From NCBI GenBank assembly GCA_951406725.2, contig OX597833.1, forward strand, positions 41,416,001-41,480,000: a DNA stretch of 64,000 nucleotides. Reading direction: 5' to 3'. This DNA is from Octopus vulgaris. Lineage: Eukaryota. Each line of letters opens with the position of its first letter. Position 1 is the stretch's first letter. A program made the position numbers and the translations under genes. Positions 39,461-54,695 of this stretch are shown one piece after another. The notes under the pieces are model-generated. The model did no database searches, had not been told where the DNA came from, and saw nothing but the letters and a program-made list of their open reading frames with translations.

Positions 39461-40163
39461 TGTAGGAAATGTGTCACGTGTCTGAAAGAAAATAACTCCA
39501 CAGCCCTGATTATGACCGCGTAGTGTTGGTGTTAGTCTTTTTTCCTCTGACTTTATCGTTGCATCTCGATGTTGGATGAGAGAAATAGCGCGAGCATAGA
39601 CAGAAGTGTGTGATTTCGGCGTTAGTTGATGAGCTCCGTCTTTTCTTTCACCATTGTGAAAACGGCCGCTGGTTAGAGATTTGGCTGCTAATGTTCTCAG
39701 TTGGGGTCACCAATTGTAGGAAATGAGTTGGCACTGATTGGGTGCTTCACAATTCCACGCACAGTTCATAGAAGGAAAAGGGCGAGGACACGATCTCTTC
39801 GAACAAATAACAATAATAATTTATTTCGCATGAATAAACATTTCATCCCTGGACATCGGTAGCCTGGACGCCTTGGTGCGGAAGCAGCTGGGTTGGTAGT
39901 TAGACACAAAAATACAAAGGCATTTTCACAGACTCGCAATGTCGCTCGCCGTCAGAATTCCAGCTCCAAGGAGCTGGTCTAAGTTGCGTCCTATCTGGTC
40001 AGAAGCCGGGGCAGAAGAGGATGGATGGGTGGTCAAGCCTAGCTGCTGATGATGATTGCGCATGCGCATAACGGGCTTCCGTCAGATCTCCGGAAAGCTC
40101 TAATTCTATGCGTATGCGTGGATGAATGTTCCACAATGGCGTCTAGAACCAGGCGTTACTACA
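39461..40163 (-). mobile_element. LTR retrotransposon remnant: 449-bp LTR (39715-40163), tRNA-Trp-like PBS (39703-39712) and leader
   Basis: On minus the LTR starts TGTAGTAACG and ends TTTCCTACA, has an internal AATAAA, and is followed 2 nt later by TGGTGACCCC; the terminal 11 nt recur at 39461-39471. Confidence 0.8.
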
Positions 40164-40654
40164 AATATGTATCCGATAAAAACAACACCAAAAGCGAGCT
40201 GGTGTAAGCATGGCTGTTTTTTTTCCAAGACTCTTGCTTCTTAATCATGTAGTCTTGAGTTCAGTACCACTACGCAGCACCTCGTATAAGCGTCTTCTAT
40301 AATAGCCCTGGGTCGAACAGAGCCTTATGAGTGGAGTTAGTAGATAGAAACTGAAAGAAGCTCGTCGTGTGTGTTCTGCCACCATTTGACAAACGGTTTT
40401 GATTTGTTTACGTCCTTGACGTTAACTTAGCGGTTCGGAAAAAGCGATCCAAAAGAATAAGTACCAGGCTTTAAAAGAATACTAGGATCTATTTGTTCGG
40501 CTGAAACACTTCATGCTCCAGTTTGGCCGCAATCCAACGACTGAAACATGTAAAAGATAAAAGTATAATAAATATTTAAAATGTTTGATGACGTTTGGCA
40601 ACCCTAACTAATTGCTCTTTACAAATTGCGTTACATTTGACATTATAGTAATCT

Positions 40655-42011
<1,357 letters not shown>

Positions 42012-42173
42012 TATAGTAAAGAAATGTTTCAAATATTCAATGACGTATGATATCCAAAATTAATTGCTGTCTTCCCCCTCTATTACAGTCCTAAAAACAT
42101 AATTATAAATAATTACTTGAATATACAATTGTTTCTTGAGTATCCTCTACTGACAGAATCTTATCTTAACCAC

Positions 42174-42223
<50 letters not shown>

Positions 42224-42567
42224 GTTTAATTTCCTTATCTATTCATATAGAGGTCTCATTTGTATAGACACAACTTGTACTCATTCCTTATACGCTGGCC
42301 ACCATGGTAGTCACTACGTGGTTATACGACTTGTTAAATATAGCAGCCAAAATCTCCCTCAAATTTGTTCGTTCGCTCCTAAATAAAAACATATCGGATA
42401 ATGTTGTCCGATGTAGACTATTGGTTAAAATCAAAAAGGGAATAATTTTGATCAAAAGTCTGCTTGATCAAAACCGACTTGGAGCCAAACCACATCATCA
42501 TCATCACCACCACCACCAGCAACAACAATTTCTGGCCGTGTGCCTAAATTAGAAATAGTTATTATAG

Positions 42568-42955
42568 GCCTAAGAATGGCTGTGTGGTAAGTAGCTTGCT
42601 TACGAACTACATGGTTCCGGGTTCATTCCTACTGCGTGGCACCTTAGGCAAGTGTCTTCTACTATAGCCTCGGGACAACCAAAGCCTTGTGAGTGGATTT
42701 GGTAGACGGAAACTGAAAGAAGCCCGTCGTATATACGTGTGTGTGTGTATGTTTGTGTGTCTGTACTTGTCCCCCCAATATCGCTTGACAACCGATGCTG
42801 GAGTGTTTATGTCCCCTGTAACTTCGCGATTCGGCAAAAGAGACCGATAGAATAAGTACTAGGCTTACAAAGAATAAGTCCTGGGGGTCGATTTGGTCGA
42901 CTAAAGGCGGTGCTCCAGCATGGCCACAGTCAAATAACTGAAACAAGTAAAAAAA
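42568..42955 (+). mobile_element. SINE family A
   Basis: Full-length copy. Confidence 0.88.
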
Positions 42956-42989
42956 AATAAAATACATTCTCATAGACAGTGAATGCTTA

Positions 42990-43560
42990 CAGACGTCTCA
43001 TTAAGTTCCCGCTGTTTTTTTTTTTTTAATTAAATTTTGAAAGGTTTAATAAAAAAAATTAACAACTAATTAATCAATAATGTATTCACCCTTGTTGCTT
43101 ACAACTTCTCAACGTTCAACAAGATTTTCAATACCTCGTTGGTAGAAATCACTCGATTCCGACTCGAAAAATTGATCCAGCCAAGTTCTCAATTCTGCAT
43201 CAGTATTGAACGAAACTCCGCGCATAGCATTTGAAAGAAATCGAAAGAGGTGGAAATCCGTTGGTACCAAATCAAGAGAGTACGGCGGGTGTGGCAGCAC
43301 TTCCCAGCCATGCGTTTGAATGGCTTCCTTGGTCATATTGGCGATATGAGGGCAGGCATTGTCGTGCAGCAGAAGAACTCCATACTGACGATTAGGTATT
43401 TTCTCTTGAATAGCCGTGTTGGGTAGTTCTTTCTGTTGAACATAGAATTCCGCGTTGAACGTTTGATTCCGTTCAAGCAATTCGTAATGGATAATCCCTT
43501 CCCAGTCCCACCATATGCAGAACATCGTTTTACGCGGATCGAGGGTCAGATTCAACGTAA
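42990..43560 (-). mobile_element. mariner transposon 3' fragment
   Basis: KTMFCIWWDWEGIIHYELL, LLHDNACPH, HPPYSLDLVPTDFHLF, FYQRGIENLVER; TA-flanked probable TIR CAGACGTCTCATTAAGTTCCC at 42990. Confidence 0.9.
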
Positions 43561-43599
43561 TGAGTCGATAAGCATGGTGGTAATTAAAATAAAAAGCCA

Positions 43600-44770
43600 A
43601 ATTTTTTATGATGATTTGAAGAAAAAGGCGAAACTTCCAATATTTTTTTTTCTTTTTATAAATGACTGGTGAAGCTGCCACTTCTGATTTAGAGGCTGTT
43701 ATCCTTAACAGCTGAAAAAAATTGAAGGGAGCTACACACCAGAGCAAGTGTATAATGTTAATGAGCCTGAACTTTTCTGGAAGGTCATGCCTGCTAGACC
43801 TTCTAATCGCGAGAAAAATCAACACTATGATTTAAAGCTTCGGAAAATCCTCTGATGCGTTTCCCAGGAGGAAATACCCCTAATGATATAATGTCAAAGT
43901 CCCTACGCGTGTATCATTTCGAAAATCCGAAGACTATCAGGCTACGCAAAGTCAAATTTACTTCTGATTTGGCGTTAAAATAACAAGTTGTAGATGACTA
44001 AGAGCCTCTTCCAAGAGTGGTTTGCGCACATTTTATTTGTTCTACTGCAGCAAATTACAATACTAATCATAAGGCCATCAATGTAATGCTCCTTTTAGAT
44101 AATGTACTAAGCTATCCAATGAACTTAAGGGCTTTCAAATAATGTGAGAGTAGAATATACCCACTAGTAAACAACTTCTTTGCTCCAGCTAACTTGAAGG
44201 CATATTATCTAAGAAGTTTCAAACATCTTATGAAAGTGATTGACAGGGTAGACAAACCTAGAGTTAGAGACTTCTTAAAGAAGTTCATCATAATCGACAC
44301 TTTGGACAGCATCGCTGGTTCATAAGAAGTGCAACAATCAACTTTGAATGGTGCTTGGGAAACATTTGGCCAGGCTGTATCCGTGACCTTACAAGTTTTC
44401 CACAAGCAGAAAGTTTACATCAAATTCGGAAAGATATTGTGACACTTCCAAATAATGTAAGGTTTGAAGAAGTCATAAAGAATGATATTTTTGAGTTACG
44501 AGTGCCCCATGGAGAAAGTTAATCTAACGAGGAGCTGATGAACAAAAAATGAGAGTATGGAAATTCCATTAAATCTACTTAAATTTAGTGCAAAGAATAT
44601 TTCTAAAAATTTGGCAAGATTTTGTTGATAACAAGCATAATTGTGAACGTAACATTAAAATTACAACAGAAGCTTACAATGAGCAGAGGTCTGCTATAAA
44701 CTTCAAACAATTTTTAAATAAGTTTTTCGCTTCTAAAGTAGATGTTGATGAGGATAAACAAACAGATAGA
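43600..44770 (+). pseudogene. Tigger (TIGD1-like) transposase relic
   Basis: MTGEAATSDLEA, GSYTPEQVYNVNEPELFWKVMPAR, VYHFENPK, MTKSLFQEWF, LLDN, TTSLLQ in broken frames. Confidence 0.8.
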
Positions 44771-45138
44771 AGATAGCGTCCCTCATCTTCTTGGTAACTT
44801 TCATTCCACAATCACCAACCCTCACATAGTAACCATATTTTGGGGGTGAGAACTTATCCTATTATGATATTACAATTCTTATTTATCAAATATTTTTTTG
44901 ATACATATTGTACTTCGAAATTCTTATTTTCATAAATAAAAGTAGCCTGATTTGCAGTTTTTTTTCTTTTTTCTTTTCTTTTCTTGTTTCTTCTTTTTGT
45001 TTTCGAAAACATCCGTCAGAACGCATTATCACTTTAAGAATGAAAATCAATGGGAAAATAAGTTTCGCGTTACGGCAAGTTGTTCAGGGGACTATTGTGC
45101 CTGTGATGCAGAATTTTGTTGTACACAAACACACACAC

Positions 45139-45169
<31 letters not shown>

Positions 45170-45959
45170 GGTACAAACATACATAATATATACATACATA
45201 CCGTGTATATAAACTGATAAAGGCAGTGCCCCAGCATGACCACAGTCTATTGACTGAAACTAGTAAAAGAATACACACACAGACTCACACACACACAGAC
45301 ACACACACACACACACAGACACACACACACACATAATATGTGTGTATACATGTGCGAGTGAGTATGCGTGCCTGTGTATATGTGTCGGTTATGCGCGAAT
45401 TTGTGCCGCACTTGGCTGCTAGCCAGATAGTCTTTCAACAATCTAGACAAAAGAAACACACATGAAGTGTTCAAATTCTTTGTTTCATAAAAATGTCTTG
45501 ATTAAATCTGAAAATAAATTTTCACACTTCTATTCTCTCCTCCCTTGCTACCATCTTTTACAACCCTCTACCGACCAGCCGACCGACCGACCGACCGACC
45601 GACCTAAGCAGCCAATGGAATTCTTTTAATTAGGATATCATAATAAACAAAAAGAAATGTGTTTTAAGATGTGTGTTCCGGAATATATGGTAACATTGCT
45701 GTTGTTTTACTTCCGCTACTTTTTAGTTCTCTCTCTATATCACTTACAATATCTTTTATCTCTCTTTTACGTCTTTCAGCCATTGAACTGTGGTCACGCT
45801 GGGGCACCTCCCTGAAGGCTAAACAATCGACCTGCTATTTAATTTTAAGTCTGGGGTTTATTCTAAAGGTCACTTTTGTGTAACCGATTGATTACGGAGA
45901 ATTTAAACTAACCAGAAACAGTTGTAAAGCGGGGGGGCGGGGACAAAGACAAGCACGAA

Positions 45960-46008
<49 letters not shown>

Positions 46009-46303
46009 ACATATATGTACGTGTGTATTTATATATATATAAAAATACAAAATGGGACAAGAACGCAAAACATTCAAATAGACGATACAAAAAACACGGA
46101 CGGGTCATTCGAAGCCTCTAATCTTCAGTCAAGAACCGGATCATCCTCGCAATTTCGGTTGATTAATCTTGAGATTGCTCCGATTTGGCCAGCCCCAAGG
46201 AAAAACTAAGCTACGAGCATTAGATTTCTTGGGAAAAGGATCGAATGTATACGAAACAAGGACAGAAAAACGGACGATGTTACACGAATATAAATACAAA
46301 AAC

Positions 46304-46364
<61 letters not shown>

Positions 46365-46539
46365 GGACATAACAACAGGCGTCTTTCGACTTAGACGAAT
46401 TGAACTCAACTGGCGTACATCTGTATGTATTATCTATGTCACTATGTATTTATATGCATATGTATGAATCATTTATGCCACTCACGCGTATATATGTAAT
46501 CAAATGAATAATAACATACGATGGATAATTAATTGTCAG

Positions 46540-46624
46540 CTCATTACAGCTGTTTCGTACGTAATCTTTTAATAGAAGAATGAGAACATTACATCTTTAT
46601 AAAAGACCGTAATCATCAGATGAG
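46540..46624 (-). ncRNA. Hammerhead ribozyme with long stem II loop
   Basis: CTCAT-CTGATGA-TTACG...CGTAC-GAAA-CAGCTG-TA-ATGAG; palindromic ACAGCTGT stem III; the first stem II pair is mismatched. Confidence 0.65.
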
Positions 46625-46692
46625 AGGTAATTTATAAAACAAAAGAATATCCAAGAATACAGCAAGGATGTGTCTGTCGAGGCCTCGACAGA

Positions 46693-46774
46693 CATCTGAT
46701 GATTACGGTCTTTTATAATGATTTAATGTTCTTATTCTTCTGTTAAAATTTACGTAAGAAACAGGTGTAATGAG
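46693..46774 (+). ncRNA. Inverted second copy of the same hammerhead
   Basis: CAT-CTGATGA-TTACG...CGTAA-GAAA-CAGGTG-TA-ATG; stem I shortened, one stem III change. Confidence 0.55.
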
Positions 46775-47756
46775 CTGACAATTATCCATCATATGTCATT
46801 ATTCATTTGATTATAATACACCAAGGGACTTTACGACTTGTCGGACAGCCTAGAGTATACCTACAACGCACTGCTCAAAGTAAAGCGTAACTTGGACTAC
46901 CCCTTAGGCACTAAATACTCATAGGGTTGGTTTTCTTTGTGTACACAACCGAATTATCCTATCTCATATTTCGACTCTCACCAAGCATAGGCCAGAACCA
47001 TAAACATTACCCGACCCTACCTGGTGCATACCTGATTCTGTTGGAATCCTCATCTTACTGAGTGGATTTGGTAGACGGAAACTGAAAGAAGCCCGTCGTG
47101 TGTGCGTGTGTGTGTGTGTGTGTCCCACCACCGCTTGACAACCGGTTTAGGTGTATCTACGTCTCCGTAAGTTAGCAGTTCGGCAAAGGATATCGGTAGA
47201 ATAAGTGCTAGTCTTTAAAATAAATAAGTTCTGATGTCAATTTGTTCGACAAAAACACTTCAAGGCAGTGCCTCGGCATGGCCGCAGTCTAATGACTGAA
47301 ACAAGCAATAGATTTTTTAAAGTATTTAATGAGCATTTTCATAAACTGCTCCTCGAAAATAAATCTTCATGTAATTTGTTAGATAGTTGTTTATGAATGC
47401 GCCTCCTCAAATTTCAAATAACTCCTACGTATGAAGTTTACAAACATTAAAAATGTTGTATTTAGAGTAACGGCATATTCGTTACGGATCGTTTCGTTTC
47501 GCTTCATTTCCATATTATGAAAAACACATTTTGAAATAATTATGGCATGCATATTATAAATGATAATGGGAAATAGTTTTTTCTGCTGATGAACAATAAT
47601 GTTAAGAAGAGGAACTTAAGTTTTAATCAGAGTGAATATGTTTATTTACAATAATATATATTTTCATGTTTAGTCCCACTGTGTCATTTATTATAGCCTT
47701 GAGCTGACAAAAACGTTGTGAGTGGATTTGGTAGGCGGAAATTGAAAGAAGCCCGT

Positions 47757-47794
<38 letters not shown>

Positions 47795-47842
47795 CGTGCG
47801 TGTGTGTGTGTGTGCGTGCGCATGTGGTGTGTGTATGAGTGT

Positions 47843-47910
<68 letters not shown>

Positions 47911-48163
47911 TGTGGTGTGTGTGGGTGTGTGTCTTTGTGTATGTGTTTGTCCCCCACCGCCTCATGACAATCGCAACGTAGCGGTTCGGCAACAGAGACC
48001 CAACAGAATAAGTGGTGGATGATTAGAGTCCTTAATATGTATTGCTTTTCTCTTCTTGGATTTTGGTGGCGGAGTGCTTGTATTTAAATCTATTACATTA
48101 TCTAGAAGGCTTACTATTTTTTAAGTTTGTATTTGTTGTAATTTTTAGTCGAACTCCTTAAAT

Positions 48164-48672
48164 CAGGGGTGGGGAAACCCCCGCCTACGGGCACAATTGC
48201 TCCCGCAGGCTGGTATACTCGTATGTACAAAATACAGTAAATTTTTCAATTATAAAATTTATACAATATTCGTATGCCTCTTTGCGACATAGGTCGCGTT
48301 TCCACAACGACTTAAAACGGTTAGACTCGAACAAAAAATCGTCCGGCAATTTCCATTTGGATGGAAATTTTATTTTCACAATAAGACACATATTGCTAGG
48401 TTTGTACCACCCACTTGAGACCCAACTACACTCTAGCTGAAAAATATAGAATACCTCATAAGTAATATAAACATCCTAAATTCAATGGCGGCGTTAATGA
48501 AAATGTTACGTGTTAATTTAATGTTTTAAACTTATCTTTATTAATGTATATCGAATTATACATAGATATATACAAGATTTACACAGATTTAAGAGTTAGA
48601 ACTTGTGATCCGCCCGCGGATCTTTGTTTGAGAAATTTTTGGCCGCCGCACTAAAAAGTTTCCCCAGCCTTA
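48164..48672. mobile_element. hAT (Charlie-like) MITE
   Basis: TIRs CAGGGGTGGGGAAAC / GTTTCCCCAGCCTTA; exact 8-bp TSD CCTTAAAT (48156-48163, 48673-48680). Confidence 0.9.
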
Positions 48673-51600
48673 CCTTAAATATACTAGTTAGTGTTTTGCT
48701 AATTAGTGTCAGTGCTGTATCCGCTCATATTGCAGGATCAAGCTAACCCGTCATCTCTGTATATTCCTATATAGTGGATTGTATTCTAGTTTTTGCATGT
48801 GTAGTATATATAATACTCTTAAATTACGTTTTTTTCCTTCGTATCTACGTACGCATGCTTGAAAATAAATATGCATGTATATATACATTTAAAGAAAGAC
48901 AAAGAGAAACACTGTATTATAGTGATTTGTTTCTTTCGCTTTCTTTCTCTGTTCCGCTATAATTTTTGAAGAGGATTCTTTGGAGTAGAAAATTTATTAA
49001 AGATATATTAAAACTATTTTATTAAAACTGCATTGTCATAGCTTTCAAATGTGTGTGTCTGACTCTATGTTTAGGTGTGTCTGTGTTTGTATGTACGTAC
49101 GTACGTACGTATGTATGTATGTGTGTATGTATGTATGTATGTATGTATGTATGTATAATTCCCCTGGGGCAGATCTCCATTGCCAGCACTGTGGCATTGT
49201 TTCCTAAGTGTGGTTTATTTTTAATCACAGAAGGATATTGAGTAACCAGAGAATTTATAAATAACAAACAAGAAATATTCTTTTTATAGACAGCGAAAAT
49301 TAAGAGGTCAGCTATCGACTAAAGAAACATGCAAATCAGTTTCGTTTTCCCATTGTTTTTCTTCCTTTACATTGCTAATGCCATTGGAATATGACTCCGT
49401 AGGGGGCTATATACTTCAACACAAATCTTTCTTATGTCTTCATTATTTTCTCTGATTATTCCTCCCTTTCACCATCTCCATCAAAAGCCTTTGTACGCTC
49501 GCTAAACCTACTAGTAAATAACAGCCAGATCTCCTTCTAATCATACCCTGCTATTTCAAAAATAGTGCAGTTTACTTAAGAATAAGACAAGACGGCTAAG
49601 GCTAGAAGGCCTTTGATCATAGACCTGTTCAATTATTGATAACTTGGGGCTAAACATCAACACACTACCAAAGATCTCAGGTTGAGTGTCTCTGTTAGAA
49701 ATGATATAACATGTATGTTTCACCACTATCACTTGGTGGTGGTGGGGTGATGTTAGTGATGGTGATAATGATGATAGTGGTAGTGGTGGTGGTGGTGGTG
49801 GTGGTGGTGGTGGTGGTGGCAATAATGTTTTGCAATGAAATTTCGACTTCTAGTTGATGCGTTTCACTTACCTTGTTCTTTGAGTGTTTTTTTTTCTCTT
49901 GTGCTCGAGAATGTTGACACCTCTCACGTAACTGGAATGTGACATACATGAAACTGAAAGCCTCCAAGTGTTTGGCAACGCGACAGTTCTTCGTGAATAA
50001 GTGTTCGCTGTTACATGCCTCTCAGAGAATTGTGCCAATGGTAAGGAACTGGCGGAACAGTCAGATTAGCTTTCTGAATAATTGCTTCAAATTTTTGGCA
50101 CAAGGTCAGCTATATTTTTTGTGGGAGGGAATAAGTCGATTACACTGACACCAGTATTTGACTGATTTTTTATTTTATCGATCGCAAAAGGATGAAAGGC
50201 GCAATTGGCCATGGCAGAATTAGAACTCAGAACGCAAAGGGTTGGTACTGATGCTCTCAAGCATTTTATCCGACGCACTTTACGATTCTGCAAGCTCGCT
50301 GCTTTAGTTTCTTTGAATAACACAAGAACAATACGTCGTATTTTATGGTGCCTGTACGGTTAAGAAGTTCACTTCGTATCTATGCGTTTCCGGATTTGAT
50401 CCAACCGCTCGGTAGCGTGAGTAAGTGTATTCTACCATAGCTTCGGGTCGACCAAAGCATTTTGAGTGAAATTTGCAAGACGGAAAATGACGGAAGCCCG
50501 TCGGAGTTAGCGTTCCCGTTTTGCGGATGCTTTTAGCTGAAACTACTCCATTGCAAGCATACAGGTCAGGTTTTCGGTGTGAGAATAACTTATTCCTTCC
50601 TTCCACTGGTCTCGAAGGTCCAAAAATGTCAAGGGCGCTAACCTTTACTAAGCTATTCAAAAAGTAATGTGGAATAACTATAGTTGTAATTGACAGGGTG
50701 AATTAGATTATCGATTAACCAACCGAATAATTCACAGTTCGAATTCGCTATATGGTTGCACTACCTGCCAAAAATATCATATTCTATCTTCTTAGAAATT
50801 TGGAACGACACGTTGAATGATGTAGACCTATGTACACTATGTCTGGAGAAAGAAAAAGCAGACGGACATTTCACGGGTGAAACGTCTTTGCTGGACCAGA
50901 GCTGGCCTAAGGCTGAAAAACGAAGAAATATTCAATTGTATTCCAGCCATTAAATGCGTTATAGAGGTTATCATTAACTACTTTAGACTTTACAGTGATA
51001 GCAACAAGTTTACAAAATGAACTAGATGAACTACAACTATTACTAAATAAATAACTAAAAACTACAGCCCTACTTCATTCCACGAAAGTAAAAAAATTTG
51101 AAGGAAAGTAGTTTATAGGATCGCGTGCACTAAATATCAACCCTTAAATTCCGACCTTAATATCAACACTAAAATTCCGACCTTAATTCAGATTCAAATA
51201 GCATTATTGTTTTAAAACATTCTACTGACGGTGAAACTAAAGACAGTATAGGTAGATAAATAAGCAAACTAATGACTTCCAGATTTTGCTTTGCAGACGA
51301 CAGTTTCTTGTCTGTACGAACCACACATGTGTGTTATTAAACTGATATTTATAACATGATACAATTCGAAGCTCGGAAATACTTTTACTTATTCGCATTC
51401 TGCACAATTGACATTTTGTCTGGAATTTTTCAGAAGAAGCAACATGGCCATCTTCGGTTGAGATACAAGAAGTATATCTGGATTATCTAAAATAAACTAA
51501 TTGAAAGCAGAGTAAGAATCAAGGATCAAGAATCTCAAGCTAATCTACGAAAATATCTGGGGAAAAATTACTTGAAACTGTTTCTTTGTTTCCTTTCATT

Positions 51601-52959
51601 ATCTTTTATGCTGCTTTTTTGTTTATCTTTGTTTACTGATCACATGATTATCGTTAAATCCCTGCTGACAATCATGTTTTTTGTTTGGGCTGCTTGTTTG
51701 TTTGTTTGTTTGTTTATTTGTTCGTTTGGATTTTTTTTTCGGTGAAGGAGGCGTCCAATAGGCAAACCGTTCTATATATCTTTGAATATATACAGGATAT
51801 CCTGGAGTTGAAGCAAGAAAAAAAATGGCTAAATAAAATAAACATTTAAAATATGTTACAAATGAATGTAACGAATAGCTAGCAGAATCAATAAGATGTA
51901 GGTTAGGAACAGAGAGAGAAAGAGAGAGAGAGAGAGAGAAATTCCATTGTCTGTGTCTTATGGCAGAACACACGTATTACTCTTCGAAATCTTCCAATAG
52001 TACTTTACATTTGAACTAGAATTGGAAGCAGAAGATGTACGTGAATGTTGTTTTGCCGTGAGGTAAAGTAGGAAGAAACAGAAAGCATTAAAAATAACAT
52101 AAGTTTTTTTCGTATTGCTGATCTAGCGAAATCAGGACAAACATATACATTTCGAACAATTTATCAAGACATTTTAAGTTACGGATTCTATTTCACAGTA
52201 ATTATGACTGTGCAAGTAATTCTATACCCATCAAACTAAGTAGTTAACTGCGGGTGTAATATCTGAAACCCTTAATTTTTATTTTTTTATTTTTATTTTA
52301 AACGTTTATTTTCGTTATTTTAAGTCTTATGTCCCCTTCAGAAAATGTGAGAATTTAACTCTATAAATACATCATCGGTGCACTTTTTTTTTTTTAAATT
52401 GGTTCTACGTCTCTCATTCTTATCATTCTTCTCACTCAGCAACATTTCCCTGTAACTCCTTCCACTTACTTAAGAAACTGTTCTAATTTACCATCTAATT
52501 TATTTTGTTTATCCAATTTATAGCCGACTTTCACTTTATTTATATAAGTTATATTGTATACTTTATTTTATTCAATATTATAAGCGGTGGATTAACAGAA
52601 TAGTTTAGAGCGACGGACAAAATTCTTTGCAATATTTCGTTTCAGCACTTTATGTTAAGCTCGAATTACATTGTGGTCAACTTAGCAACATATTTTCGGG
52701 ATCAAAATATATAATTATATATAATTATACCAATCCAGTTGCTTTAAGACACTATAGTGGTGCCTCCTAGCCACTTTTTCCAATCCAAACAAGAGACTAC
52801 GGCTGAGAACCTCGAAGATATATTTTTAGTGTTGCCTAAACGAATGTGGACGTAAAGCCAAACGGCTACAGTATTCCTGTGAAGAGCAGCGATCATTATT
52901 AGCTTATCAAAGATGTCACAGCAATCCTACAAGGTCTGTCGATAAAAGATAACGAACAT

Positions 52960-54450
52960 TATCACTTTTCGTTCGAAATAACCATATTTATTTCTATCAA
53001 AATAGTTCCTTCCATTGTTGAGACACGGCTACGAAGGAGTGAGATGGAGGGAATTCCAGTTATGGAACACGTCCTCAAATGAGTCTTTAGAAGTTGTATG
53101 CGGTTCTTGTTGTGAATTTTTCTTCGATCTTTTCTATCATCTGAAACTGGTGACATCTAAAGGTGAATTTCAACTTTAGGAACAAAAGACAATCCACAGA
53201 ATCGGACGTCTTGGATGAGAATCATCTTGTGCTTCGCTAAGAAGTCTTGCATGATCAGATATTTTGTTGTGATGCAGTATCGTGGTTTTGTTTGTCTTTG
53301 TCTTGTCTTTGTCTCAGGCCCAGAAGTTACGAGAGGGTAACTGCTCAGGCATCTTCATTTCCACTACTCCCTCAAATGCGTCTGGGACATTCAAGTAAAA
53401 CTTTTTATTGATTGACAATATGGAACAAAATCTTATTTCTTTATTGCCCACAAGGGGCTAAACACAGAAGGGACAAACAAGGACAGACAAAGGGATTAAG
53501 TTGATTACATCGACCCCAGTGCGTAACTGGTACTTAATTTATTGACCCCGAAAGGATGAAAGGCAAAGTCGACCTCGGCGGAATTTGAACTCAGAACGTA
53601 ACGGCAGACGAAATACCTATTTCTTTACTACCCACAAGGGGCTAAACACAGAGAGGACAAACAAGGACAGACAAATGGATTAAGTCGATTACATCGACCC
53701 CAGTGCGTAACTGGTACTTATTTAATCGACCCCGAAAGGATGAAAGGCAAAGTCGACCTCGGCGGAATTTGAACTCAAAACGTAGCGGGCAGACGAAATA
53801 CGGCTAAGCATTTCGCCCGACGTGCTAACGTTTCTGCCAGCTCGACGCCTTGATAGACGACATCCTTCTAATAAGAATAAGACGAACAACATCACCTTTA
53901 CATTTGAGCGACTCTGATGTGCTTCTTTTCTTTCTATCGCTGCGACCACGACCCAACCTTTTTTTTTTTTTTTTTTTTGTCACCATAACCATACACCTAC
54001 GTTTAGGTTATGTCTGTTATGACATTTTGCATGAAGTGCTCATCAGCATTTGAACAATCAAACCACTCCTAGCTGTTTTATTGTTCCTGCAATACTAGAT
54101 GACTTCAATTTTTTTTTTTTTAATCTTGACATACACGTTTACAGACGCCTACTTCGTCAAAAACTTCAAGGACAATCAAGCGATGACTTTCAGAGATCAC
54201 AGACTGTATACTGCAATCTGATCGGCGTCTGCTGTGGTGGAAGGACCAGATTTGCGGTTGTCTTGGGTGAATGTTGTTCCAAATTTGAAAGGTTAATTCC
54301 ACTCGTGACATTGTGCGTATTGCAAATAATCCTCCCCTAAAAATGTCACCGAAAAAACAAAAGAAGTTTTTTTTTTCTCAATTTGAAACAAAATTTCAAA
54401 TAAAAATGTAACTCGATTATGTCTTTCATAGTTTAACTTGTGAAAATTTG
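52960..54450 (-). pseudogene. Degenerate mariner transposase interrupted by a SINE dimer
   Basis: KEAHQSRSNVKVML, ILHHN, QDFLAKHK, DCLLFLKLK, FEDVFHNW in broken minus frames; boundaries approximate. Confidence 0.65.
53431..53830 (-). mobile_element. Dimeric SINE family B
   Basis: Two units ~185 bp apart with the same junction as at 15184 and 58048. Confidence 0.9.
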
Positions 54451-54695
54451 CAAAATACGTTATATATATATTTCCACTTTGGCACACGAAGATTGATGAC
54501 TAACTGTTGTGTTTTGATGTGGCTATCATTAGATTGAATATCACAGAGCTGTAGTCGCTAGCTAGTTGACGAGCAGTTTTAAAAATCCGGTTTCTTTTTG
54601 GACAAACTTCGCATTTTAACAGCATTTTTTACAAGTCTCTCATCTGCTTCACGCAAGTTGAAAAAAGTTGAATTTTATTTTATAAATCAAATATA

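Noticed and set aside
43560-43825. N-terminal part of the 238-aa ORF 43109-43825
   Set aside because: It is the antisense of the Tigger relic fortuitously in frame with the mariner fragment, not a fusion gene.
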